NCBI GenBank assembly: GCA_036170915.1 | Contig: JAVHQC010000029.1 | Coordinates: 325,437-389,436 of the forward strand | Reading direction: 5' to 3' | DNA: 64,000 bases | DNA from: Cyanobacteria bacterium auto_48_18 | GTDB lineage: Bacteria > Cyanobacteriota > Vampirovibrionia > Obscuribacterales > Obscuribacteraceae | In this document: positions 30,272-39,318 of the stretch, one piece after another | Layout of the letters: the number at the start of each line of letters is the position of its first letter | Numbering within the stretch: position 1 is the stretch's first letter | Notes under the pieces: generated by a model | The model's input: only the letters and a program-made list of their open reading frames with translations | The model's database searches: none | Told to the model about the DNA's origin: nothing | Program-made: the position numbers and the translations under genes

Positions 30272-32731
30272 GTGCAATTGCTGCAAAAGCTTGAATACGT
30301 CAAGCAACTCATCAAAGACGGTAAGCTCAACGAGGCTTATAGCCAGATCTTAATTGTCATGGATGAGCCGGAAAGTCTCGCCACAGCCCACCGGTCACCA
30401 GCCGCCAAGCGCAGCGCCAAAGATGCTGCAAACCCTCTGGCCTCGGAGCTTTTGGCCGTTATCGCGGGTTTAATCAAGGCCCTTTCCATCAACTCCAATT
30501 TTCGCTTTTCAGAAGAATTGCTTAACCGCACTTTAAATCGCATCGAACCTAAAGATGACCATTTTTTCTTGAGCCTGGCGGACGAACTGGTGCACTCTGC
30601 CGACGTCAGTGTTAACACTACAAAAGAAAATGCCGCTCGCTGCGACAAATTATTAGACCAGGCCATCCGCATCAGAGAAAAATTAGTGGGAGCAGACGGC
30701 CCCACTGCCGAACTTATCATCGAGTCGGTGCTCAGCAATTTGCAACGCGCCAGACATAGCGCCAATAACAACATGGCTGCCGAAGCCGGTTCGCGCCTCG
30801 CTCGATGCCGCACACTGATGAGCGAGCTCGAGCGCTTGATGCAAGAAATTAATCGGCCAGCCAACATTTTGGTGGCACGTTTTTGTACTCTAAAAGCATT
30901 TTTTGCTCACTCATCAGGGCAAAAAAATCTGGCCAAAGATACTTTTATCAACGCCATGCATCTCTACGACAAGATTGCTTCCACTGGACATCTTGAGCGC
31001 TCAGACGTTTTTGAAATGTTTCTTGAACAAGCGCAGCATTTCACGTTAAGCAATGACGAAAAGCACAGCCTTGATCGCATCAAACTTTCAAAAATGCTGC
31101 CTAAAAGACAAGCTACGCTGCATAAAATTCGCGCCTTCCCCACCATGCAACATATTGAAGAAATCATGGAGCGTGCTCGTTCGAAGCCGGGCAAAAGCTT
31201 CTACCTGACGTCTCTCGGCTTTCTTGGCGCGCAAGCCTTGAACGTTTCTGTCATTTGTAATATCGAAAACAAAGATTTAAATTTCAAGATTGAATCATCA
31301 AAATCCGACGCCGAGAAGCAAGAAATAATTACGCTCACCAGTGATGATTCAGCTGAAGTTTTGCGTCACATCAAAGATCTCTGGCGACGCATGCAAGCCA
31401 AGCCGGCCAATGTTCCTTCCAAACTACAAACGTTTACTTATAATCCTGAAGCCTTCGTCGAGTCAGACAAAGCAGAGCGCAACAAAAAAGAATTTACGAT
31501 TAACGCCACTGACCGCAAAGCTGATGTTTTTCAGGGCACAGCAGGAAACAGTTATGGATCAATGGAAGCGCAACAAGCAAGAGAAGCACTGGCTTTTGAA
31601 GGCAATCTAAAGGCCATGCCAAGTTTTGGCTTACTACAAACCATTGCCCTGAACGGCAACACAGGCCTTCTAGAAGTCGGTCAGAGAGACGGTTTACTGA
31701 AACTCTATTTTGACGGCGGCAAACCAGTAGACGGCAGCACCACAGAAAAAGAGGGCCTCGATGTACTCTACGAATTTGTTTTGCTTGAAGAAGGATATTT
31801 TCGTTTTCACCCCGAAAAGCGCAGTAAAAATAACACCATCAGAATCAAGCTCGACTCGTTTATTTTAGAAGCCGCTAGCCTTTTCGATCAAACAAAATAT
31901 TTAAAATCGCTGGGTATGACTATGTACTCAGGAATATTTGCTAAAGAGCACTTAGCTGATTGGCAAGGGCTTTCTCAAGCGCTGTCGCGCCGCGGAGTTG
32001 ACTATGATGAGCACATCTGGCAGCTTTATCAAGCCATCGAAGATCACCCGATTATCGCCGACGCCGTAGAGCAAGCAGATCTGTCACAGCGTCTCTGGAC
32101 GCCCGCTCTCTACAAACTAGTACAAAGCGGCCTGGTAGCCATTTCCAACGACCGATTAGACGATGAAGATCTGTCGCACAACCTGGTCACCAACTGGAGT
32201 TACGATCGCAAACAAGTAGACGAATTTTCGCGCTCCCTCTATGACTCGCGCACAGGTCTTCTGCGTTTCGAATTTTTCATCTGGATTATGGAAAGAGAAA
32301 TAGAGCGCGCCCAGACGCATGCCTGGCCTCTAACTCTTTCAATTTTTGAAATTCGCAAATCAGGTAAAGACATATCGAAGCTGGCCGCCGCCGACAAAGA
32401 AATGGTGCAATCTACTTTAGCCGAAATCTCAGACAGCAAGCGGGCTATGGATTGGTTTTGCCACTTCGAAGAAGAACAATATGCCATCTTGATGCCAGGG
32501 CTCGACACCTCGCTCGCGTCTATGTTTGTCAAAAACTTCTCTGATATTTGCGCACGAAATTTAGGCAAACTAAAAGATGGGCAGTCAGAATGGGAATATA
32601 GTTTTGGCATCGCAAGTATTCCTGACGACACTATCGAGTGGACAAAAATGATCGGTCTAGCCCAAGAAGCGCAGCGCAAAGCGCGCATTAGTAGACGCGG
32701 ATACGCCGCGCATAAAGAACAAAACCGCTAA
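30272..32731 (+). CDS. Helical-repeat + DUF4388 (PatA-N-like) + degenerate GGDEF domain protein
   Basis: FEGNLKAMPSFGLLQTIALNGNTGLL (DUF4388-like); DSRTGLL...KRAMDWFCHFEEEQYAILMPG...SFGIASIPDD (GGDEF fold). Confidence 0.8.
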   Translation: MQLLQKLEYVKQLIKDGKLNEAYSQILIVMDEPESLATAHRSPAAKRSAKDAANPLASELLAVIAGLIKALSINSNFRFSEELLNRTLNRIEPKDDHFFLSLADELVHSADVSVNTTKENAARCDKLLDQAIRIREKLVGADGPTAELIIESVLSNLQRARHSANNNMAAEAGSRLARCRTLMSELERLMQEINRPANILVARFCTLKAFFAHSSGQKNLAKDTFINAMHLYDKIASTGHLERSDVFEMFLEQAQHFTLSNDEKHSLDRIKLSKMLPKRQATLHKIRAFPTMQHIEEIMERARSKPGKSFYLTSLGFLGAQALNVSVICNIENKDLNFKIESSKSDAEKQEIITLTSDDSAEVLRHIKDLWRRMQAKPANVPSKLQTFTYNPEAFVESDKAERNKKEFTINATDRKADVFQGTAGNSYGSMEAQQAREALAFEGNLKAMPSFGLLQTIALNGNTGLLEVGQRDGLLKLYFDGGKPVDGSTTEKEGLDVLYEFVLLEEGYFRFHPEKRSKNNTIRIKLDSFILEAASLFDQTKYLKSLGMTMYSGIFAKEHLADWQGLSQALSRRGVDYDEHIWQLYQAIEDHPIIADAVEQADLSQRLWTPALYKLVQSGLVAISNDRLDDEDLSHNLVTNWSYDRKQVDEFSRSLYDSRTGLLRFEFFIWIMEREIERAQTHAWPLTLSIFEIRKSGKDISKLAAADKEMVQSTLAEISDSKRAMDWFCHFEEEQYAILMPGLDTSLASMFVKNFSDICARNLGKLKDGQSEWEYSFGIASIPDDTIEWTKMIGLAQEAQRKARISRRGYAAHKEQNR

Positions 32732-32743
32732 AAAAGTGCCAAC

Positions 32744-33202
32744 ATGTGTGCAGCCGACAAACCCTTTGAAATCATTCAAGACGACAGCATCGTGCACGAT
32801 GGTGCTCGACAACGAGCATGGCGTGCGGCTAAGCTGCGCGAGGTTATAGAAGGCCAGACTCCGTCTGAGATTATGCACGCCCAGACCGGTTCTATGGGTG
32901 AAAGATTTGGCATAGATGGCCTGGACGAACCAATTGAGGAGACCGTAGCCGAAAGTGACCCGGAAACCACACTCACATTACCACCATTACCAGCGCCTGA
33001 GCCCGATGTCCCTCCTTATATTCGCTCGCTGGCCAGAGCAATTACAGAAGAGGTTTTCCTTCTCCCTGAACAAGGCATCATTTTTACGAAACAGCAATTG
33101 GCTCAAGAGCTGGGTGTCACAAGGCTGGCCATGGACGCCATGACCGCTCAAGGGTACGAAAGATTGGGTCTGATTCGCATCAAACCAGAACCTGGTCCAT
33201 AA
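32744..33202 (+). CDS. Hypothetical protein
   Basis: 152-aa ORF co-oriented within the + strand run. Confidence 0.55.
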   Translation: MCAADKPFEIIQDDSIVHDGARQRAWRAAKLREVIEGQTPSEIMHAQTGSMGERFGIDGLDEPIEETVAESDPETTLTLPPLPAPEPDVPPYIRSLARAITEEVFLLPEQGIIFTKQQLAQELGVTRLAMDAMTAQGYERLGLIRIKPEPGP

Positions 33203-33224
33203 GATCACAACAGGAAAAACAATT

Positions 33225-33623
33225 ATGCGCACGATAGTGCAGCGTTTAAAGCCAGACGAAGAAATTATTGCTGTCATCGAAGCTTTGTGCCTGGCGCATA
33301 AAATTGAAGCCGGTACTATTTTATCGATGGTAGGCTCAGTTAAAAATGCTTCACTGCGCTTTGCCAATCAAACCGACGCCGCCGAATTGCGCGGGCCATT
33401 CGAAATTGTATCTGCAACTGGCACAGTCGGTGTATCAGGATGCCACATTCACATGGCCGTGGCGGACAACTCAGGCACCACCCTTGGTGGCCATATGCTG
33501 CCTGGCGCACTGGTTTATACAACCGTTGAACTTGTAATTCTTGATCTAAGCGAAAGCTGCTCGTTTTCCCGAAGCCCGTGCACATTGTCTGGTTTCGAAG
33601 AACTGGTAGTGCAAGAAAAGTGA
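33225..33623 (+). CDS. PPC/DUF296 domain protein
   Basis: RLKPDEE, FEIVSATGT, HIHMAVAD, GGH, VYTTVELV. Confidence 0.9.
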   Translation: MRTIVQRLKPDEEIIAVIEALCLAHKIEAGTILSMVGSVKNASLRFANQTDAAELRGPFEIVSATGTVGVSGCHIHMAVADNSGTTLGGHMLPGALVYTTVELVILDLSESCSFSRSPCTLSGFEELVVQEK

Positions 33624-34820
33624 CTACTTTCCGCCGGCACGAATCTTAAGAGCATCGCCGAACGAACTGATGCCAGCCGAAAAGTTTCCATTACGCGCAT
33701 ACGCGTCGGCAAGAAAAAACGCCGCCGCCGGATTGCCGGGACTGGCCTTCTTCAACTGCTCGAGCTTTGCCAGGGCAACAGCATGATTGCCGTCAAATTC
33801 TTCTTGAACGTGAACGCGATAGGCCGCAGCCCAAATGTCTTTTGGATCGCGTCTAACCACTTCGCCCATTTGATTGAGACACTTCTGGTAATAAATGCGT
33901 ATTTGCGGCTCAGCCCACGACGGTACGTTATCTAGTGCTCCGGGAATGCGCGGAATAACACCAGCCATGGGTCTCGTGCCAGTAAGAGCGGAAGCTAAAA
34001 TAGCCGCGCCGCCTAATAATCCGGCGGTAGTCTTATTTTGCTTTCTCGGCATTTGCCCGGCCATTCGATTGGCCATATTTACTTGATTGCGAGCCTTGAA
34101 AGCAAAAAGATAAGCCTGCATGTAATAAGCCCAACCAAGGCCATAACGAATGCAGAGATTGTTTGGATCATCCTGCAAATTAAATTCGTACTGACTAACA
34201 GCACTATTGAAATAGTCAGCATTGCCGGTTGCTTGTGCTAAATTTCGCGCCCGACGCACTTCCTTTAGAGCCTGATCAACCTGGCTGCTGCGTGTCAGTG
34301 CAACCGCATGAATAAATGCGGCTTCCGGACTGTTTGGAAATTGCCGAGCTTGTTGGGCGGCGCTGTTCACGTCGCAATAGGGCTTTAGTTCGTCCTGGAC
34401 GGTGGAAGAACCAACAGCGGCGGTAAGAATAACGCCGGGGCGCCAGGTCGTGCTCGAACGCGGCGCCTGAAAGTCTTCGGATATGGGGGCCACCCCTGCA
34501 GGAGCAGGCGTAAATAAGGGGGGCGTCACAGGCGCGAGAGGCATAACAGGAATAGTAGTGGGAAATTGATTGGTTAAATCAGGCGAGCTGCTATTTTGAA
34601 TTGGCGCAGAAAATACAGGTTGTGTCGGAACAATGGGCTCTGGGCCGGTATTACGCTTCAAGCGAAACGACGTTGAACCTCCTTGATTTTGCTCAACGCT
34701 TCCCTGCTGAGGCGGCAACGACCAGGCCGGCAATTGATTTAACAAAATTATGAAGGCTAACCAAGGCTGAAGTTTCAAAGCTGATTCTCTCGAGCTATCT
34801 GTATCTAATGTGCCCGGCAA
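33624..34820 (-). CDS. Exported TPR-containing hypothetical protein
   Basis: Signal-like segment, Pro-rich linker, TPR helices (PNSPEAAF, PGNPAAAFFLADAY). Start uncertain. Confidence 0.7.
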   Translation of the reverse strand: MPGTLDTDSSRESALKLQPWLAFIILLNQLPAWSLPPQQGSVEQNQGGSTSFRLKRNTGPEPIVPTQPVFSAPIQNSSSPDLTNQFPTTIPVMPLAPVTPPLFTPAPAGVAPISEDFQAPRSSTTWRPGVILTAAVGSSTVQDELKPYCDVNSAAQQARQFPNSPEAAFIHAVALTRSSQVDQALKEVRRARNLAQATGNADYFNSAVSQYEFNLQDDPNNLCIRYGLGWAYYMQAYLFAFKARNQVNMANRMAGQMPRKQNKTTAGLLGGAAILASALTGTRPMAGVIPRIPGALDNVPSWAEPQIRIYYQKCLNQMGEVVRRDPKDIWAAAYRVHVQEEFDGNHAVALAKLEQLKKASPGNPAAAFFLADAYARNGNFSAGISSFGDALKIRAGGK

Positions 34821-34844
34821 ATGGCCGATGGTTCGGATTGATCT

Positions 34845-34938
34845 ATCAACCGTTAACGGTACATAGATATCAAGCTAGATCATCAACCGTTAACGGTACA
34901 TAGATATCAAGCTAGATCATCAACCGTTAACGGTACAT
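34845..34938. repeat. 37-bp tandem repeat, about 2.5 identical copies, each with a 12-bp palindrome
   Basis: Unit ATCAACCGTTAACGGTACATAGATATCAAGCTAGATC at 34845, 34882 and (partial) 34919; core ACCGTTAACGGT. Confidence 0.95.
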
Positions 34939-34969
34939 GAATCACTCCACAAGTCACATCCCAAAATCG

Positions 34970-34997
34970 GAAGCCCCGACCACAGGGCCAGGGCTTC
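34970..34997 (-). terminator. Probable intrinsic terminator
   Basis: Minus strand GAAGCCCTGGCC-CTGT-GGTCGGGGCTTC then CGATTTT, just after the 35005 stop. Confidence 0.6.
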
Positions 34998-35004
34998 TAA
35001 TTTG

Positions 35005-35259
35005 TTATTTTGCTGCCAGTAGACGCGAGAGGTGAGTTTTCAATTCTTCGATATGTCTGGTCTCGTCTTTTTTGAAACCTTCGACCAATTTACAAAGTTC
35101 TGGGTCTGATTGAAAATCTTTTGCGAAAGTTTGATATGCATCAAGTGATTTCAGTTTTTTATACATCATTGAAATCACGTCGTAGGAACAATTGCTGATT
35201 GGATAGGTTCCACAATCTGTTTTGGTCTCACATTGTTGATCTGTTGTTTGCGTGCCCAT
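35005..35259 (-). CDS. Small ferritin-like helical protein (84 aa)
   Basis: GGAGG RBS before ATG 35259; ISNCSYDVISMMYKKLKSLDAY...DETRHIEEL (ExxH-type motif). Confidence 0.7.
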   Translation of the reverse strand: MGTQTTDQQCETKTDCGTYPISNCSYDVISMMYKKLKSLDAYQTFAKDFQSDPELCKLVEGFKKDETRHIEELKTHLSRLLAAK

Positions 35260-35407
35260 AAATCCTCCAGGGTCGCCAGAAGTCGTCTGGCGAATTCGTA
35301 TTAATCCACGTTCGTCTTCATAAGTTCGGAACATGCTTTCGACCGAGACGGTCAAAGGCCCCCGCAGTTCCCTTGTGGAAGCCTGGTAAATTTATTTGCA
35401 CCTACGA

Positions 35408-35449
35408 CAAAACAGTTGACTCCCCCCTGCAAGCAAGGAGGAGCCAACT
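35408..35449 (-). terminator. Intrinsic terminator-like hairpin
   Basis: Minus strand AGTTGGCTCCTCCTTGC-TT-GCAGGGGGGAGTCAACT followed by GTTTTGT; all mismatches become G-U pairs on the minus strand. Confidence 0.7.
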
Positions 35450-35670
35450 TATTCAAGCCAAAAACCTCAGGTAGGAATGGCCGAAAATTTTAAATCAGAA
35501 ATATCGTGGACCACCCAAGGTGGTACGTGCTCCAAAGACCTGCACGAACAACATAAGTTCCCGAGCTGTAGAGAATTAAGAAAGCCATATGCAAAAGAAA
35601 TATGCCCAGACGAGTCGATTCCCGGAAAGTTGATGGCCTCAACCTGCCGGGATTCGTCTCTACCCCCACG
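35408..35670 (-). ncRNA. Candidate structured non-coding RNA (unassigned)
   Basis: Several hairpins in an ORF-poor intergenic region, ending in a terminator; see findings. Confidence 0.35.
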
Positions 35671-35817
35671 GTAACTTTATAAAATTGTGCTTTAAGCGTC
35701 CGTCACCTGATTCGTGGCTCGTGAAGCAGTGCGGTGCGTTTGCTCTATTAAACTAACGGCAAGAACGTGAAAAAGTCGTGACTGTTCTGAACAACTTGCA
35801 AATACTTTCCAAGAGGG

Positions 35818-36849
35818 CTAGCGCATGCGCCCAGCATTCATATAAACGGCATTTTGCAAAATTGAAAGCTGGTTCTTGACCTGACTGTAACGCATGCTGT
35901 TTTGTGCACTTGGCCCCGCTTGCAGCAATAGCGGTTCAAAATGGGTAAATGCGGCGACTATTTGCTGCAGTTGCATTTGCTGTTGGCTGAAATTATTTGC
36001 TCGCGCCAGGCTGTTGCCGCTGCTTTTCACGGTCATCTGAAGCATTTGCAGAGCATTGGCCATGGCAAAAATAGCGTTAGAGTTGCCCGAGGTGAATCCG
36101 CCAGAACCCATAGATTTCTGACTGAAGCTAATAAAATCCTTGAGCGAATCATTTAAGTCGCGCACACTGCCGCTGACATCAGAGCTGCCACCATTATTGT
36201 TGCCGTTAAAATTGCGATTGAAGTTGGAATTTAAATTTGGATTGAAGTTCGGATTGAAGCCAGAGTTAAAACTGGGACTGAAGCCAGAATTAAAGCCGGG
36301 GTTGAAGCCGGAATTAAAATTGGGGTTGAAGCCAGAATTAAATCCAGAATTGGCGCCGGGATTAAAGCCTCGATTAAACTCAGGATTGAACCCAGAATTA
36401 AAATTAGAGTTGAATCCTGGATTATAGCCATTGTTGAATCCGGAATTGAAGCCGGTGTTGAGGCCGATCTGATTCTTTATGTTGATCCAGCGTGTCATCA
36501 CATCTGGTGCCCCCACCGATGAAATTAAACTATCAACAGTGAAAGCACTGCCTTGTATATTCTGCCCGTTGCCTCTTTTGACTTCTTGCACAAAAAGCTG
36601 AAGCGCAGAACAGAGCTGCATTTCACTGCTGCCGGCGGGCGGCGGCCACTTGCCTTGCATGGTCAAATTATTCTGCACCGCGCTGACCAACCTATCGGTA
36701 TCTTTAACCAGCTTGTCGTTGTTGCCGGCCATGGCAGTCTGTTGCCATCCGCCTATGAGTGATGCTACAAATGCCGCTGATATGAACAATCTCTGGGCAA
36801 ATCGTTGAGCTTTTTTATTAGATTTTTGCGCATCTCTATTGAAATTCAT
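35818..36849 (-). CDS. Exported protein with an FN-x-G/N tetrapeptide repeat tract
   Basis: Signal peptide ending TAMA; about 22 tetrapeptides at aa 130-217. Confidence 0.8.
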   Translation of the reverse strand: MNFNRDAQKSNKKAQRFAQRLFISAAFVASLIGGWQQTAMAGNNDKLVKDTDRLVSAVQNNLTMQGKWPPPAGSSEMQLCSALQLFVQEVKRGNGQNIQGSAFTVDSLISSVGAPDVMTRWINIKNQIGLNTGFNSGFNNGYNPGFNSNFNSGFNPEFNRGFNPGANSGFNSGFNPNFNSGFNPGFNSGFSPSFNSGFNPNFNPNLNSNFNRNFNGNNNGGSSDVSGSVRDLNDSLKDFISFSQKSMGSGGFTSGNSNAIFAMANALQMLQMTVKSSGNSLARANNFSQQQMQLQQIVAAFTHFEPLLLQAGPSAQNSMRYSQVKNQLSILQNAVYMNAGRMR

Positions 36850-36899
36850 AACACCTTATTCCAGAAATTTTCATCGCCCAGTGCAAAACAAATATCACT

Positions 36900-37241
36900 C
36901 TATTCTAAGTCGGCCTTTGCTACTACCTGACCTTTACTCAATCCAAACTTTGATTTCTTACCGAGTACGGCTTTCAGTGAGGTTTCGAGGTCAGGCTCAA
37001 TGCGATTGGCAAATGCTTGCCTGGCTTCTACCATCGACGGCTCGATCACCACATTCGGTGGCACGTCGACTTTGACCCTGATGAGAAAATCTTGGGCGGT
37101 ATTTCGCTCAAGTGCTTCTGCCCGATGTTGCGCCACCTCTTGCGTTGCAATTTCATTACCGGCATATACACCGGCAGCCATAGCCACCGGAATGGTGAGA
37201 AGCAAATACATAATTGGTGTCAGTGTAGTTTTTTCGCTCAT
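36900..37241 (-). CDS. Single-TM SAF domain protein (CpaB-like N-terminus)
   Basis: VKVDVPPNVVIEPSMVE...VLGKKSKFGLSKGQVV. Confidence 0.8.
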   Translation of the reverse strand: MSEKTTLTPIMYLLLTIPVAMAAGVYAGNEIATQEVAQHRAEALERNTAQDFLIRVKVDVPPNVVIEPSMVEARQAFANRIEPDLETSLKAVLGKKSKFGLSKGQVVAKADLE

Positions 37242-37273
37242 TTCAAATTTCAGTTTACACGCTGTTTTCCACT

Positions 37274-37615
37274 TTAATTTTGCGGCAAGATATCGTGCTT
37301 AGCAAGATATTCGCCCTTTTTTACTAGCCATTTTGTTTTACGACCCATACATTCAGAGGCGAACCCGAAAGCGTCGAGAGCTACATGGCTGGCCGTTTCG
37401 CGGCGTTCTTCCACATTGGTGGGGCCGATTTCGCCACCAGCAGGAATGTCTTTAGTTACAGCCACGAGTTTGATCTCTAGAGGCTCGGCACCAATTGCCG
37501 GAGCGCGTCGCGATGAATTCCAGACATTCTGCCAGGCCCAATAGTATGCCAGCCCTGTGCAGAGCATGAATGTGAGAATTACTCCAAAAATTAGACTTAG
37601 CTGTTTAGCTGCCAC
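37274..37615 (-). CDS. Single-TM SAF domain protein
   Basis: VAVTKDIPAGGEIGPTNVE...CMGRKTKWLVKKGEYL. Confidence 0.8.
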   Translation of the reverse strand: MAAKQLSLIFGVILTFMLCTGLAYYWAWQNVWNSSRRAPAIGAEPLEIKLVAVTKDIPAGGEIGPTNVEERRETASHVALDAFGFASECMGRKTKWLVKKGEYLAKHDILPQN

Positions 37616-37796
37616 TGCTTATCTCTTATATCTAGGCTCAGATATTAATATCTAAATTGAAATCCTAGCACTTTAAAAGCTCAGTTAATCTTTCAGTATC
37701 TCCCGGGCGCGGGAGAGACTAAATTGCCATGCGTATTCCCCCCATTACAACCGCCAGCTCCTTATCGTATCTTCAATACCAGCACCACCTCAGGAA

Positions 37797-39254
37797 ATGA
37801 AAATGCCGAAAGGAACAGAGAAGCAGAGCGTCGAAGAGCAATTCAACAAGGGGTTGACCATCAACTCGCTCGATTTGCTGCCAGTGCCGAAGTCTGGCTC
37901 TACTGCTCCAGAGCGACAGAATGTGAACGTCCAGCGCCAGGTGACTCCTGAGGCCAGCCGCTCTGTGGTTGACCCAACCACTCGAAACTATGCCGACGTT
38001 GCCGACGAAGATTTGCCACGTCCTAATCGTGACAATCAGAGCGCTGGTGACAAAATTGCCAGCTCTTTAGAAATTCCTCTGACGGCCGCCTCGGGCTATT
38101 GGTTCGCCAGAAAAGGCGGCTACAAAATTGCCGCGCAGAACAGCGAAAAGCTGCACACTTTGAGCGATCACGCCATCAAAGAAGAGCTAGCCGTAGATTT
38201 CGGCAGAAGCCGCGTCGATTTGACCAAAGAACTGAAGACTCGATTTGATGCTTCGGTGCTCAAAGTCAATGATGTCATGGCTGCCGAACCCCATTTGTTC
38301 GACGAAGGTTATCGCTTTGAGTTCAACAAAACCGGCGTGTCCGAAGAGATGTCGCGCAAACTCTATCGCGGCAATAATATCGGCGAAGTGCTTGGCGCTC
38401 TCGATAATATTCCCGTCAAAGATTTGACCACAGACCAGATTAGACAAGTGGGCGAATATGCTGAACATTTAAGCGGCAGCCCGCTCTTGAAAGATGAGGG
38501 TCTCGTCACGCATGCCAACGTTATGAACTCCAGTGCCGCCAGATTAGCTGAAGCGGAGGCCAATCTGCTCGCTAACACCGGTTCATTAGAAGTGAAAGTG
38601 GCTGCCGAAAATGAGTTCTACAGCAGCGTCAGAAATCTGCGCACTAATCTCGGCGCCAAAAAATTAGAAGCAGACGCCGTAGTGCAGGCCATCGCCAAAG
38701 AGCAACCCGAACTGCTCGAGTTTGGCCGTCGTTTTGAATTTGATCCTGATGTTACGCCCGAAAAAGTAGCTGAATTGAAACGCCCGACGCACATAAATGG
38801 CTTGATTGAAGCCATCGATAAAACCCACGCTCCAGGTTCGAAAGTGCTAATCACAAGCCAGGGCGAACATCTCAAAGCGCTAAGCGGATTGAGCCAAGAT
38901 GTTTTGATTCAGAGCGAAGGTTTGACTGACATGGCCGCCAGACTTGAAGCCAATGCCGCCAAGGTAGTGGAATCAAGAGTGAAGGCATTCAGTTTGCTCA
39001 GTTCAGAGCAAGCCACTTTCATGAAAAAAAGCATGGGAGTGCTCGGGGCTGGTATCGCCACCAACTGGGTGATAGATAAGGCGTTCTTCGACAACCAAAA
39101 GCCAGGCGTTATGAGCTATGTAGCTGATTTGGGCGCTCCAGCCGTGCTCTTTTCAGAACTGTCGCCTAAAATTAAATTTGGCGTCATTGTGGGTGCACAC
39201 GTTGCCGCCCGCCTGAGCGAGAAACCTGAACCAGAGCACAGAAAAAAGCGCTAG
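37797..39254 (+). CDS. Hypothetical protein with an internal duplication and hydrophobic C-terminus
   Basis: 485 aa; two related segments containing G(Y/R)RFEF. Confidence 0.75.
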   Translation: MKMPKGTEKQSVEEQFNKGLTINSLDLLPVPKSGSTAPERQNVNVQRQVTPEASRSVVDPTTRNYADVADEDLPRPNRDNQSAGDKIASSLEIPLTAASGYWFARKGGYKIAAQNSEKLHTLSDHAIKEELAVDFGRSRVDLTKELKTRFDASVLKVNDVMAAEPHLFDEGYRFEFNKTGVSEEMSRKLYRGNNIGEVLGALDNIPVKDLTTDQIRQVGEYAEHLSGSPLLKDEGLVTHANVMNSSAARLAEAEANLLANTGSLEVKVAAENEFYSSVRNLRTNLGAKKLEADAVVQAIAKEQPELLEFGRRFEFDPDVTPEKVAELKRPTHINGLIEAIDKTHAPGSKVLITSQGEHLKALSGLSQDVLIQSEGLTDMAARLEANAAKVVESRVKAFSLLSSEQATFMKKSMGVLGAGIATNWVIDKAFFDNQKPGVMSYVADLGAPAVLFSELSPKIKFGVIVGAHVAARLSEKPEPEHRKKR

Positions 39255-39287
39255 TAAATAATCATGGCGCCAGTTCTGCAAAATAAC

Positions 39288-39311
39288 AGGGCGGCCTTTG
39301 CAGACCGCCCT
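39288..39311 (-). terminator. Intrinsic terminator between convergent genes
   Basis: Minus strand AGGGCGGTCT-GCAA-AGGCCGCCCT followed by GTTATTTT. Confidence 0.75.
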
Positions 39312-39318
39312 TTCTCAT

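Noticed and set aside
34845..34938. CRISPR array
   Set aside because: The would-be spacers are identical 17-mers, the repeat is only 20 bp and no cas genes are in the window. It is a tandem repeat.
35477..35674. + strand 65-aa ORF
   Set aside because: No recognisable features, and the local hairpins and terminator favour a minus-strand RNA. Not fully excluded.
36140..36427. + strand ORF with LKPE repeats
   Set aside because: Antisense shadow of the FN-x-G repeat tract.
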